64,000 bases of DNA from Planctomycetota bacterium (lineage in GTDB: Bacteria; Planctomycetota; Phycisphaerae; Phycisphaerales; SM1A02), in assembly GCA_016873255.1 (NCBI GenBank), contig VGXR01000009.1, forward strand, positions 610 to 64,609. Direction: 5' to 3'. Within the stretch, counting starts at the first letter, position 1. Each line of letters opens with the position of its first letter. The notes beneath the pieces are model-generated. The model was not told the origin of the DNA, searched no databases, and saw only the letters and a list, made by a program, of their open reading frames with translations. This document shows, piece after piece, positions 47,834 to 57,333 of this stretch. The translations under genes were made by a program, and so were the position numbers.

Positions 47834-48685
47834 ATGCCCGCGGGCGCGGCCATCACCAGCGAGTGGGCACGCGGCGCGCGCGAGGCGCGCTCGTTCACCG
47901 TGGTGGGAGGCTGGGGCCAGGCCACGGGGATCGTCGCCATGCCCGCGGAGCGCCGGGCGTGGCTTGCGGGTGCCCGTGCGCCTTTGGCGCCGCGCACCGT
48001 GGCGCTGGTGGCCCCGCAGTGGCCGGGGCTTGAGGACTCGGACCGGTCCGCGCTGGTCGATGATGCGCTCTGCGTCGGGCTGCTGCGCGGTGGCGTTGCG
48101 GCGGCTCGCATCGAGTCGCTCGAGCTTGCGGGCGATCCCGATGCGTCGGCATGGATCGATGCCATCGTCGACGCGACGCAGTCTGCGTCGCACGGGGCGC
48201 CCGCGGCGCTCGCGGGTTCGTGGCTTGCGGGAACGGCGTGCGCCGTGGCGAGCTCGCGCCTTCCCGAGCTGCAGTTCCTGGCGCTGGCGTGCACGCCGAG
48301 CGCGGAGGTGATGAGCCGCCGGACCCCGGAGAACGAGGACGACCCGCAGTGGACCTCGTCGCCGACGCTCCGCCTCGCCGACCGGCTTGCCGAGCTCTCC
48401 CCGCTGGAGGCGGTCACGGTGCAGGCCCGCCCGGTGTTCCTGGGGCAGGGCGCGGTCGACGGCGTGCTGCCCGCGGCGCACCTCGAGGCGTGGCGCGCTG
48501 CGCTCTCCGCCGCGGGTCGTCCCGCGGACGCGCTCGAGGTGGCCTTCGCGGATGCGTTCTTCCGGCCGGTGGGCGCCGACGGATCCCCGGCGGACGACGA
48601 CGACCGCGGGCTCGAGGTGCTCGCGGGCGCGGTCGGCGCGTGGGTCTCGCGCGCGGTCAGCCGCGGGGCTCGTCGCGGTCGATGA
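47834..48685 (+). CDS. hypothetical protein
   Basis: 283-aa ORF, 3 nt after mutL. No confident domain. A possible alpha/beta-hydrolase-like fold is a guess only. Confidence 0.45.
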   Translation: MPAGAAITSEWARGAREARSFTVVGGWGQATGIVAMPAERRAWLAGARAPLAPRTVALVAPQWPGLEDSDRSALVDDALCVGLLRGGVAAARIESLELAGDPDASAWIDAIVDATQSASHGAPAALAGSWLAGTACAVASSRLPELQFLALACTPSAEVMSRRTPENEDDPQWTSSPTLRLADRLAELSPLEAVTVQARPVFLGQGAVDGVLPAAHLEAWRAALSAAGRPADALEVAFADAFFRPVGADGSPADDDDRGLEVLAGAVGAWVSRAVSRGARRGR

Positions 48686-48896
48686 CGATCTCGGTGAACA
48701 CCACCTGCCCGGTGCGCATCATCCGCCGCACGTAGGGTTCGCACAGCCCGCAGCCGGTGCTGCAGCCGAACTCGCGCTGCACCTCCTCGAGTCCCGCGCA
48801 CGGGTGCTTCGTGCACCAGTCGCGCACCTCGGCGAAGGTCACCTTGTGGCAGACGCAGCGGTCGATGCGCACGTCAGGGGCCCCCGTAGGCGGCAT
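48657..48896 (-). CDS. BFD-like [2Fe-2S]-binding domain protein
   Basis: 79-aa ORF. CVCHKV...CSTGCGLCEPY is the four-cysteine pattern of the BFD-like domain. An alternative GTG start at 48872 would remove the overlap with the upstream gene. Confidence 0.65.
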   Translation of the reverse strand: MPPTGAPDVRIDRCVCHKVTFAEVRDWCTKHPCAGLEEVQREFGCSTGCGLCEPYVRRMMRTGQVVFTEIVIDRDEPRG

Positions 48897-49653
48897 CGTC
48901 CTCGGAGAGGAAGCCGTTGTCGGGATAGCCCGTGACCCAGCGCGCGAGCTGGTCGTTCATGGCCGGGGAGCGGCGCGGCTCGGTTGCCTGCGCGACGTGC
49001 CCGTCGAGGTATGCGCAGCACGAGCACCCGCCCCAGTGGCGGAAGGCCTGCGTGCCCGCGCAGACAAGCGGCACGTCGCCCTCGGCCGCGGCCGAGGGCG
49101 CGCGCATGAACTTGTTGGCGCCGCCGCGCCATCCGCCATCGCCGAAGACGGCCGTGGAGGACGGGCGGGCGATGGCGGTCGGCGGCGTGCCTCGGCGAGC
49201 CGTGGCCCAGCCGTCGAGCGCGGTGCCGTCGTCGGCGACGGTGGGGTAGGTGCCCTCGTGGCCGAGGTAGCTGGTGTTGTAGTTGTAGCCCGTGTACGGG
49301 TCCGCGCCGAAGGTGCTCGGCCCCTCGAAGTCGGGGCATTGCTGCACGGCCATGGCGCCGCCGGAGTACGACCAGAGCGGGCCCGGCCCCCACTCGCCCG
49401 CGCGCTGCTCGAAGTCCCATGCGACGGTCCGGACCGTGCCGCCGTCGCGGAAGTAGAGCACGGCCGCCGGCATTGCGCCGTTGGATGCGACGTAGGACTC
49501 GCATGCCACCGCGATCTGCCGCAGGTTGGAGGTGCAGGCCGTGGTGCGCGCAAGCGCCGACGCCGCGCGGAGGCCCGGCAGCAGCACGCCCACGAGGAGT
49601 GCCACCACGCCGACGGTCACGGCGATCTCCACCAGCGTGAATGCGCGCCGCAT
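48874..49653 (-). CDS. DUF1559 protein with prepilin-type N-terminal cleavage/methylation motif
   Basis: C-terminal 259 aa of ORF 48874..50784. MRRAFTLVEIAVTVGVVALLVGVLLPGL...ARTTACTSNLRQIAVA...FGDGGW, typical of planctomycete DUF1559 pseudopilin-like proteins. ATG overlaps the upstream TGA. Confidence 0.85.
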   Translation of the reverse strand: MRRAFTLVEIAVTVGVVALLVGVLLPGLRAASALARTTACTSNLRQIAVACESYVASNGAMPAAVLYFRDGGTVRTVAWDFEQRAGEWGPGPLWSYSGGAMAVQQCPDFEGPSTFGADPYTGYNYNTSYLGHEGTYPTVADDGTALDGWATARRGTPPTAIARPSSTAVFGDGGWRGGANKFMRAPSAAAEGDVPLVCAGTQAFRHWGGCSCCAYLDGHVAQATEPRRSPAMNDQLARWVTGYPDNGFLSEDDAAYGGP

Positions 49654-50585
49654 CACGACCACGCTCCGAGCAGGAGGCCGAGGTCGGCGCCGTTGACCTC
49701 GCCGTTGCGGTCGAGGTCGGCGGGGCAGCTGGCGCATGCGCCCCACGCGCCGAGGAGGAGTCCGAGGTCCGCGCCCGCCACCGCGCCGTCGCCGTTCAGG
49801 TCGGCCGGATGCGGCGCCGGCTGCACGGCAACGACCGCGTCGACCTCCGGGACCGCAGGCGCGTCCGCGGCCACGCGGATCCGGATGAACCGGGCGGAGG
49901 AGAGGCCGACCGATGCGAGGTCGATGCCCGTGCCGCCCGCGGCGCCGCCGTAGGCCGCGACGAGTTCCTCCCACGCGAGTCCCACGATGGACTCGGCCGT
50001 CACCGCGGGGTCCACGGGGCGGGACACGTCGGTGGGATCCTGCCCCGGCGCGGTGGAGTAGGGCATCGAGTCGGTGAAGCCGAGCGTCGGCAGCCCGCCG
50101 TCGGCGGCGGCGTTCGGAACGGTGGCCCAGGTTGTGCCGTCGGCGCTCAGGTCGATCGTGCCGCCTTCGGCGAAGGTGAAGCCAGCGATGCCTGCGGGGT
50201 ACGCAAGGTCGCCGCAGAACGCGTTGCCGTAGACGATGAGGTCGATCCCGTGCGGGTTGCGCGGGTCGTCGTGCACCGCATCGGCGAAGGCCAGGACGAG
50301 GTGCCCTCCGCGACCGATCGACACCACGTCCGTCGGGAGGAATGCCGGCCGGAAGGGCGTGACCGCGCCGGGCTCGATGCCAGTGCCCGTGAAGCGGGTG
50401 GGTTCGCCGAGCGCGGACGCCGGCTGCTGGTACGCGGCGCCGGCGCCGGAGCCCGGTGCGTAGCTCACCACCGCGCTCGCGCACCGCGGCGGCGCCGAGT
50501 GCGCCTGGAGCGCGCATGCGGCCGCCGCGACCAGCGCGCAGCGCGCGAGGTCGCCATCCATGGCGAGTGCGGTCGGGCGTGGCAT
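49653..50585 (-). CDS. secreted protein with C-terminal dockerin/EF-hand-like repeats
   Basis: ORF 49653..50729, trimmed to ATG 50585. Signal-like DLARCALVAAAACALQAHS. C-terminus ADLNGDGAVAGADLGLLLGAWG and ADLDRNGEVNGADLGLLLGAWS. Confidence 0.65.
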   Translation of the reverse strand: MPRPTALAMDGDLARCALVAAAACALQAHSAPPRCASAVVSYAPGSGAGAAYQQPASALGEPTRFTGTGIEPGAVTPFRPAFLPTDVVSIGRGGHLVLAFADAVHDDPRNPHGIDLIVYGNAFCGDLAYPAGIAGFTFAEGGTIDLSADGTTWATVPNAAADGGLPTLGFTDSMPYSTAPGQDPTDVSRPVDPAVTAESIVGLAWEELVAAYGGAAGGTGIDLASVGLSSARFIRIRVAADAPAVPEVDAVVAVQPAPHPADLNGDGAVAGADLGLLLGAWGACASCPADLDRNGEVNGADLGLLLGAWS

Positions 50586-50958
50586 GTCGTGCCTCTCGGG
50601 GCCGTGCGGCCGCCGTGCGTTCGGTCCGATGGCGGTCGTGGGCCCAAGTCGCGTGGGCAGGACCGTTGCGCAGGCCGGTCTTCCGGCTTGGGGGCTCCGG
50701 ACCCGCCTTCCCGGCCTGCCGCATTGCACGGCGTGCCAGTGGCTTCAAGGGTCGCGGCGGCGGGCATGGTGCCCGCGGCCCCACTCACGGCGGCGCGTCC
50801 GCGGCGGTATTGCACCGCCTTCCCGAGCCGAGCCCCACGACGCCGAACGGACCGGTCCGGCGGGCGTGGCGACCCGGCCTTCCGCAGCCACGGGGCTGCG
50901 GACGCCTGCGCGGCGGAGAGTGTAGCGAGCGCCGGGGAACAGCGTCCCGGAACTTTCG

Positions 50959-50988
50959 TTGACACCCTGCCGCCGGGTGGCGTAGATT
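50959..50988 (+). promoter_or_regulatory. sigma70-like promoter (-35 TTGACA, 18-nt spacer, -10 TAGATT)
   Basis: Read directly. Lies about 160 nt upstream of the GTG at 51147, implying a long GC-rich leader. Confidence 0.5.
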
Positions 50989-51146
50989 CGCGCCTCTTTC
51001 CGGGCATCCCGGGGGGGGTTGGTTGCGTAGCCGTCCCGGATGGCGGCGCGCCGAACCCCGCCAGGATGCCCCTGTCCGGCCCTCGGGGCCGGGCGTTCAT
51101 GGACATGCCCCCGGCGCTGCCGGCGGCGAAGAACTGAGGTCCCGAC

Positions 51147-53453
51147 GTGCAGGTCACGACGCGCTCGAAGCTGATCCTCCCGCTCGCACTCGCCACCGCC
51201 GTCGGCGGATGGTCGATGCCGGCCTTCGCCCAGGACGACTCCGGCGCGGCCCCGGCCGCCGCGTCGAGCGGAGACCGCGCCAAGCTCGTCGAGAGCGCCA
51301 CGCTCTTCGTGCACAACGTGATGATCGCCAAGCCCGAGTCCGCGGTCGCCGCGGCCAATGCGCTGCTCGCCGAGGGCGTCGAGCCGAGCGCGCTGGCGAT
51401 GGCCGTGGACGGTGCCGACCTCGGCAAGCGCATGGACGATGCGTTCCGCCGCAGCCGCCGCATGGCGGAGGTGTCGGACGCGTCTGCGGCGCTCGAGACC
51501 AAGCTCGAGGCCGGTCGACAGCTGCTCGCGCGCAAGGTCGAGCGCATCGACGAGGCGGTCGGCATGCTCGTCGGACCGATGCGCGGCCAGATGATGGCGC
51601 ACGAGCGGCTGATGGCCGCCGGCGAGTACGCCGTGCCGGCGCTGCTCAAGCGCGTGGTCGATGGCCGTGACCTGGGCATGGAGGCGGCATGCACGCGCAT
51701 GCTGATCGACCTGCGCCGCCAGGCCGCGCTTCCGCTGTCGCAGGCGCTCGCGTCGGTCGATCCGGCTGCGCAGCGCAAGGTCGCCGCGATCCTCGGCCAG
51801 CTCGGGTACCCCGTCGCGGTGCCGTTCCTCCTTGACATCGCGCAGGCCAAAGGCACCACGCCGGACGTGGCCGAGGCCGCGCGGGACGCGGTCCGTGCCC
51901 TCGGCGGGACCGAGCAGCCGGCGCACGAGGCCTACGCATCGATGGCCATGGGCTTCCTCTCCGGCGACGTGTCGCTGGCGGCGTTCCCGTCGGAGTCGAG
52001 CCAGAACTTCTGGCGGTGGACCGAGTTCGGCGGCCTCGCCGGCGACAAGGTCTCGACCCGCGTGTACTACGACGTCATGGCGATGTCGCTCGCGCGCCGC
52101 GCGCTCGAGCTCGATGCCGCGGACGAGCGCGCGCTGGCGGCGTTCGTCGCCGCGGACCTGCGCCGCGAGTTGAACATGGGCAACGGCGTGGCCGACCCGC
52201 TGTTCGCCGACCAGGGCCGCTCGGCTCAGTTCTACGCCACCGCCTCCGGCCCCAAGGCCATGCAGGACGTGCTGCAGATCGGGATCGACCTCGGCGACGC
52301 CGGGATCATCCGCTCCGCGCTTGCGGCCCTGCGCGAGACCGCCGGGACGCGCGCGATGGTGGGCGACGGCACCACGGCCGTGGTGAGGGCGCTCGACTTC
52401 GCCGACCGCCGCGTGCGGTTCGAGGCGGCGCTGGCGCTGGCCTCCGTGAACCCGTCCGCGGACTTCCCCGGCAGCGAGCAGGTGGTGCCCGCGCTTGCGC
52501 AGGCCGTTCGCGGCGGCGCTCAGACGTTCGCCGGCATCATCGCCCGCGGCGGCGAGGATTCGCAGCGGATCGCGGGCGTCCTCCGCGGAATGGGCTTCGT
52601 GCCGCTGACGGCCGCCGCCGATGCGGACGAGTTCGGCGTGATCGCCGCCCGCAACGCCGGCGCCGACCTGGTGGTCGTGGCCGGCAGCGCGGCGCAGGTG
52701 CGCGAGCAGTTCATGGCCCTGCGCGAGATGCGCGCCGGTTCGTCCATCCCGGTGGTCGTGGTGGCGCAGCCGGCCGACAAGGGCTCGCTCGACGAGCTCG
52801 CCGCGGACGGGCGCACGGTGGTGCTCGGCGCGGACATCTCCGATGACGCGTTCAAGGCCGGCGTGGACGCTCTCTCGCAGAAGGCGCTCGGCGGCCGCGT
52901 CGGTGCGGCGGACAGCTCGCGCTACGTGGCCGAGGGACTCGATGCGCTCACCCGCATCGGCCTGTCGGGCAGCCGCGTCTACAAGATCGCCGATGCGCAG
53001 GGTGGATTGATCGATGCGCTCCGCACGCAGGAAGGCCCGATGCGCGCGTCCGTGGCGCAGGTGCTCGCGCTGGTGAACACCAACCGCGCCCAGCGCGCGG
53101 TGATCGACGCGGCGCTTGCCGCGCAGGGCGATGACCAGGCGATGCTGCTCGGCGCGGTCGCGCAGGGCGCCCGTCGGTTCGGCTCGAAGGCCACCTCGAC
53201 GCAGGCCGACGCCGTTCGCGAGCTGGTGCGCACGTCGACCGGTGCGACCGCCGATGCCGCGGCCGCTGCCTTCGGCGCGCTCAGCCTGCCCTCGAGCGAG
53301 GCGGTCGACCTGATCGTCAAGTCACGCGTGCCCGGCAAGAAGGCCGAGTCCTCCGGCGAACCCGCCTCGCAGGGCGATGGCGACGCAGGCGGATCGATGT
53401 CCGGCGACGGCGCGCAGCCCGAGGCGGCCCCGGAAGGCGCAGAGGGCGGCTGA
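51147..53453 (+). CDS. secreted HEAT-repeat-like protein
   Basis: 768-aa ORF with a GTG start. Signal LILPLALATAVGGWSMPAFA. Repeated helical Ala/Leu-rich units (e.g. RKVAAILGQLGYPVAVPFLL, RRVRFEAALALASV). Confidence 0.6.
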   Translation: MQVTTRSKLILPLALATAVGGWSMPAFAQDDSGAAPAAASSGDRAKLVESATLFVHNVMIAKPESAVAAANALLAEGVEPSALAMAVDGADLGKRMDDAFRRSRRMAEVSDASAALETKLEAGRQLLARKVERIDEAVGMLVGPMRGQMMAHERLMAAGEYAVPALLKRVVDGRDLGMEAACTRMLIDLRRQAALPLSQALASVDPAAQRKVAAILGQLGYPVAVPFLLDIAQAKGTTPDVAEAARDAVRALGGTEQPAHEAYASMAMGFLSGDVSLAAFPSESSQNFWRWTEFGGLAGDKVSTRVYYDVMAMSLARRALELDAADERALAAFVAADLRRELNMGNGVADPLFADQGRSAQFYATASGPKAMQDVLQIGIDLGDAGIIRSALAALRETAGTRAMVGDGTTAVVRALDFADRRVRFEAALALASVNPSADFPGSEQVVPALAQAVRGGAQTFAGIIARGGEDSQRIAGVLRGMGFVPLTAAADADEFGVIAARNAGADLVVVAGSAAQVREQFMALREMRAGSSIPVVVVAQPADKGSLDELAADGRTVVLGADISDDAFKAGVDALSQKALGGRVGAADSSRYVAEGLDALTRIGLSGSRVYKIADAQGGLIDALRTQEGPMRASVAQVLALVNTNRAQRAVIDAALAAQGDDQAMLLGAVAQGARRFGSKATSTQADAVRELVRTSTGATADAAAAAFGALSLPSSEAVDLIVKSRVPGKKAESSGEPASQGDGDAGGSMSGDGAQPEAAPEGAEGG

Positions 53454-53519
53454 TCCCCAGGATTGCTGATCCCCGGATTCATGGGGCGTGCGGCAATCGG
53501 TATGATGGTCGCCCGGTTT

Positions 53520-53591
53520 GCCACCCTAGCTCAGCGGTAGAGCAGTGCTTTCGTAAAGCACAGGTCGTGGGTTCGAATCCCATGGGTGGCT
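53520..53591 (+). tRNA. tRNA-Thr (CGT)
   Basis: GCCACCCTAGCTCAGCGGTAGAGCAGTGCTTTCGTAAAGCACAGGTCGTGGGTTCGAATCCCATGGGTGGCT. Anticodon loop TTCGTAA. A TATGAT -10-like box lies 12 nt upstream. Confidence 0.95.
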
Positions 53592-53598
53592 TCGCTGC

Positions 53599-53634
53599 AT
53601 GGCGGGCGGTGCCCTGACGGGCAGCGCCCGCCAT
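53599..53634 (+). terminator. GC-rich hairpin 3' of tRNA-Thr
   Basis: ATGGCGGGCG...CGCCCGCCAT (10 bp) extended by 5 inner pairs, followed by TTCGCTTCG. Confidence 0.65.
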
Positions 53635-53742
53635 TTCGCTTCGCCCCCCGCTGTCCGGCGGGGCCGGCCAGCCCCTCCCGGCGGAGCCGGTCGGGTGGTC
53701 TTCGCGCTCGCGGCTCGCGTCGAATCCCTTTGATTCCTCCGG

Positions 53743-53781
53743 AGAATTCAATTGGTGCCAAACGAACCAGGAACGGATTTA
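53743..53781 (-). repeat. GGCACCAATTG-repeat family, copy 6F (solo)
   Basis: ATTCCTCCGGAGAATTCAATTGGTGCCAAACGAACCAGGAACGGATTT followed by A. It lies 7 nt from the TAA of the minus-strand ORF ending at 53788. Confidence 0.9.
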
Positions 53782-53787
53782 CCGGGG

Positions 53788-54114
53788 TTATCTGCCTGCG
53801 TTGCGTTTGGTTTCTGCAAGGATTGCCACGGATATCCCTGCGGCGGCTGAAGTGGGTTGCGGATTGCGGCGACAATGCCGGTCGCGGTGAGCAGTGCGCC
53901 GCGGACTCCAGAAGGCGAGGTCGTCCGTGACAGGCACTGCCACCGATCGCTCGAACGCTCTCCGCACCGCCTCATCCGTCCGCGCGGAAACGAAGCCGCG
54001 CGCCATGGACGATCGATCCCGCGACTCGCGGGTGATCCGCACGGCGCTTCGCGATCTCCGCGCGGTGTCCTTCTGCGGGACCACGAAGCGCTCGGGTGCG
54101 GATGCGCCGTTCAT
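53788..54114 (-). CDS. hypothetical small protein (weak call)
   Basis: Part of ORF 53788..54207, trimmed to ATG 54114. Supported mainly by a repeat copy in the usual gene-end orientation next to its stop. Composition is unremarkable. Confidence 0.3.
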   Translation of the reverse strand: MNGASAPERFVVPQKDTARRSRSAVRITRESRDRSSMARGFVSARTDEAVRRAFERSVAVPVTDDLAFWSPRRTAHRDRHCRRNPQPTSAAAGISVAILAETKRNAGR

Positions 54115-54178
54115 CTGCGGGTGAGTCCGATACCATTCCGACGTGGGAGTTTCCCCCGAGAAGTCCGCTGCTCGGACG

Positions 54179-55921
54179 ATGGTGCTGCTGGTCGATGACC
54201 AGCCCATCGTCGAGGCGGCCCTGCGGCGCTTGCTGGCGCCCTACGAGGATCTCGAGCTGATTGCCGTCCGCGACGCGGGCGCAGGTTTCGAGGCGGCGCT
54301 CGCCCGCCGTCCGGACGTCATCCTGCAGGACCTCAACATGCCCGGGGTGGAGGGCATGGAGCAGATCCGTCGCATCCGGGCGCACGAGGATCTCGCCGAC
54401 ACGCCGCTCGTGGTGCTTTCCGCCGATGCGGACGCACAGACCAAGGAACAGTGCTTCGGGCTGGGTGCCAACGACTACATCGTGAAGCTTCCCGACGCGC
54501 TGGAGCTCGTGGCGCGCATCCGCTACCACGCGCGCATGGGCCGCGCGCAGCGCGACCGCGACCGCGCCATGCGGTCGCTGGCGCACAGCCAGGCCGAGCT
54601 TGTGCGCCGCAACGCCGAGGTGGATGCCGCCAACCGGCGCCTCTCGGCGATGAACGACCTGCTCGGCCAGGAGAGCCAGGAGCAGCGCGAGCGCATCGCC
54701 GAGGTCGCCGCGCTCGGCACCAAGCTCGGCAGCGCGCAGGATCTCGGCGAGGTGATGGACCAGGCGCTGCGCCTCGCGCGCAGCTTCACCGACGCCGATG
54801 CCGGGAGCATCTGGATGGTGCAGCCCGAGGGCCTGCGGCTCGTCTACACGCAGAACGACACCCTGGAGTCGCGCCTCTCGCCCGGCGAGCGGCTGCCGCT
54901 TGCCGACGTGCTCATCCCGCGCGACTCGGCCTCGATCGCAGGACACGTGGCGGTCACGGGCCGGCCGCTGCGCATCGACGACGTGCACGCGCTCGACCCG
55001 TCGCTGCCGTACCACTTCCGCGGCGACTTCGACCGGAAGATCGGCTACACGACCCGCAGCATGCTGGTGTTCCCGCTCCGCGACGCGCGGGACTGCGTGG
55101 TGGGCGTCCTGCAGCTGATCAATGCACGCGGCCGCGGCAGGGCCGGTGCCTCGCCCCCGGTGTTCACCGCCTCCGACGAGGCGGCGGTCGAGCTGTTCGC
55201 CGGGATGGCGTCGCTGGCCGTGGAACGTGCCAAGCTCGTCCGCGGCGTGATCATGCGGACCATCGCGACGGCCGAGATGCGCGACCCCACCGAGACGGGC
55301 GCGCACGTCCAGCGCGTCGCCGAGTGCGCCGTCGCCATGTATGACCGCTGGGCGGCGATCCACGGCGTGGATCCCACGGAGCGCCAGCGGCGCCGGGACG
55401 AGCTGCGCATCGCCGCCATGCTGCACGACGTGGGCAAGGTGGCCATCCCCGACAGCATCCTGAAGAAGCCGGGCAAGCTCGACGACGCCGAGTATCGCCG
55501 GATGCAGACGCACTCGCTCCTCGGCGGCCGGCTGTTCGCGTCGGCCACCACGCCCTACGACGAGGCGGCCCGCGACGTGGCCGTCCACCACCACGAGAAG
55601 TGGGATGGCTCGGGGTACCCGGGCCGGGTGCCTGCCGATTCGCTCGAGGACCTTCCCTCGGAGATGGTCGCGAACCCCGAGGCTCCGCCGATGCGCGGGG
55701 AGGAGATCCCGCTGTTCGCGCGCATCGTGGCGGTGGCCGACGTCTATGACGCGCTCACCAGCCGCCGTGCCTACAAGGAGGCATGGTCGCCGGAGCAGGT
55801 GGCGGAACTCCTCCGCAAGGAGTCCGGCCGGCACTTCGACCCGGAGCTCGTGAACATCGCGCTGGAGCTGCAGCCCTACTTCCAGTCGGTCCGCGCGCGC
55901 TTCGGCAGCGACGGGCACTGA
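54179..55921 (+). CDS. response regulator with GAF and HD-GYP domains (c-di-GMP phosphodiesterase-like)
   Basis: ORF 54143..55921. MVLLVDDQP...ILQDLNMPG...KLP (REC), coiled coil, GAF-like region, then HDVGKV and HHEKWDGSGYPG (HD-GYP). Confidence 0.85.
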   Translation: MVLLVDDQPIVEAALRRLLAPYEDLELIAVRDAGAGFEAALARRPDVILQDLNMPGVEGMEQIRRIRAHEDLADTPLVVLSADADAQTKEQCFGLGANDYIVKLPDALELVARIRYHARMGRAQRDRDRAMRSLAHSQAELVRRNAEVDAANRRLSAMNDLLGQESQEQRERIAEVAALGTKLGSAQDLGEVMDQALRLARSFTDADAGSIWMVQPEGLRLVYTQNDTLESRLSPGERLPLADVLIPRDSASIAGHVAVTGRPLRIDDVHALDPSLPYHFRGDFDRKIGYTTRSMLVFPLRDARDCVVGVLQLINARGRGRAGASPPVFTASDEAAVELFAGMASLAVERAKLVRGVIMRTIATAEMRDPTETGAHVQRVAECAVAMYDRWAAIHGVDPTERQRRRDELRIAAMLHDVGKVAIPDSILKKPGKLDDAEYRRMQTHSLLGGRLFASATTPYDEAARDVAVHHHEKWDGSGYPGRVPADSLEDLPSEMVANPEAPPMRGEEIPLFARIVAVADVYDALTSRRAYKEAWSPEQVAELLRKESGRHFDPELVNIALELQPYFQSVRARFGSDGH

Positions 55922-55939
55922 CGGCCGCCGCTTCGGGGA

Positions 55940-56644
55940 TCACCCGCACTCGCCGAGCCGCCGCACGATCGAGCGCACGCACGCGCTCCGGGACGCTGCC
56001 TCCATGGCCGCGCGGTATGCCCGCGGGTCGGCACCGACGCGTTCCGGGCAGGAGAGGATGAGCGACTCCACCAGCCCTTCGTCGCCGGTGTCCGCCGACA
56101 TCTCCAGGCAGCGGTCGATCCAGAGGTCGGCGAGCCGCTCGCATGGGTAGCCGTAGCGCGCGTGGCGGAACAGCACCAGGTCGAGGATGCGAGGGGGCAC
56201 CGCGGGACGCCGTACCCAGTCCTCGAGCGCGTGACCGAGCTGCCCGCGGTCGCGCAGGTGGAAGAGCGCCACGTCCAGTGCGTCGTGCCAGCGCGGGGCG
56301 AGCCGCAGCAGGTCGAAGTCGAGCCCGGCGACGGCGGATGCGAGCGGGCCGGCAGACGCGGCCGTGCCGTCGCCGGAGCGCAGGTTGAGCGGTGCGTCGT
56401 GCGGTTCGCCGTCGATGTCCGCGAGCATTCGCCGGAAGGCGAGCGTCCCGCAGTCGGTGCAGCCGGCGGTGAGGCACAGGCCTTCGTCGGCCGCTCGCCA
56501 CACGGCGTCGAGGAACGGGTTGGCGCGCGCGAAGAGGTTGGTCGCCGGGCGGATCCACGGATGCGCCTGGCCTTCTCCCTGACGATGGCACCGATGGTGC
56601 GGGTTCGTCGACATGGTGGGCCTCCTGCCCGAATGGCCGTGCAC
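55940..56644 (-). CDS. hypothetical protein
   Basis: 234-aa ORF. The start may be the internal MSTNPHH. Cys-containing LTAGCTDCGTLAFRR. No recognisable domain. Confidence 0.45.
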   Translation of the reverse strand: MHGHSGRRPTMSTNPHHRCHRQGEGQAHPWIRPATNLFARANPFLDAVWRAADEGLCLTAGCTDCGTLAFRRMLADIDGEPHDAPLNLRSGDGTAASAGPLASAVAGLDFDLLRLAPRWHDALDVALFHLRDRGQLGHALEDWVRRPAVPPRILDLVLFRHARYGYPCERLADLWIDRCLEMSADTGDEGLVESLILSCPERVGADPRAYRAAMEAASRSACVRSIVRRLGECG

Positions 56645-56736
56645 TCCAGCCGGTGACAGGGTGCATTACGCCGGTTGGGCCCGCGTTGTTCTTCGGTTTT
56701 TTTTCGGCGAAACCTGCCGTGCGCGGGAGGACCGGG

Positions 56737-57333
56737 TCAGGACCGCAGGTCGGCCCCGCGCAGCGGTGCGGAACCGCCGCTTGCGGCATGCCATGCGTAC
56801 TCGATCACCACGCCGCCCATGCCCCCGAGCAGGATGCCGATGGCCGCCTGCGACGCCGGCACGCCCGTGGTGATGGTGCGCCCGGCGGCGGTCGCCAGCC
56901 CCAGCGCAGCCCAGAGCGGCCAGCCCCGCGGCTGCCAGAGGCAGAGGGTGCACGTCACGGCCCCGATCGTGGCGGTACCCGCCGCCTCCCCGCCCACCGC
57001 GATGTCCGCGAGGCCCGCCCAGAGCACCGCGAAGGCGAGCATGCCCGACCAGCGGGCCGTGTTCGGCCAGTTCATGCCGCTCGCGGTCCCGTACCCGATG
57101 ATCGCCACCAGGAGCCAGGCGAGCGGGCCGCCGATCACCGACAGCGTGCGCCAGAGCGAGGCATCGGCGGAGGCCCGATGCACCTCCGCCCATCGTGCGA
57201 CCAGCGGGTCGCCCCGGGATGCGAGCACGCCGACGGGAATCAGCGACCCGACCGCCACCGCCAGCACGGCGGCGCGTCCGCCGCCCATTCCGAGGATCGG
57301 ACGGCGCGCGCGATCGCCCTCCGCTGCATTCAT
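56737..57333 (-). CDS. hypothetical integral membrane protein
   Basis: C-terminal 198 aa of ORF 56737..57597. ATG 57333 overlaps the upstream TGA (ATGA). Several hydrophobic segments. Confidence 0.55.
   Translation of the reverse strand: MNAAEGDRARRPILGMGGGRAAVLAVAVGSLIPVGVLASRGDPLVARWAEVHRASADASLWRTLSVIGGPLAWLLVAIIGYGTASGMNWPNTARWSGMLAFAVLWAGLADIAVGGEAAGTATIGAVTCTLCLWQPRGWPLWAALGLATAAGRTITTGVPASQAAIGILLGGMGGVVIEYAWHAASGGSAPLRGADLRS

Noticed and set aside
50586-51146. Possible housekeeping ncRNA (SRP RNA, tmRNA, RNase P RNA or 6S RNA) in the 560-bp spacer.
   Set aside because: None of the signatures I know by eye were present: GGAAGGAAGCAG-type SRP motif, GGGG...TTCGAC tmRNA 5' end with an Ala-rich tag ORF, or GAGGAAAGTCCGGGC of RNase P.
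54140-54178. TTTCCCCCGAGAAGTCCGCTGCTCGG resembles a fusion of the TCTCCGGAGAA and TCCGCTCC modules of the repeat.
   Set aside because: The matches are short and rearranged, and they lie in the 5' region of the HD-GYP regulator gene. Evidence is insufficient.
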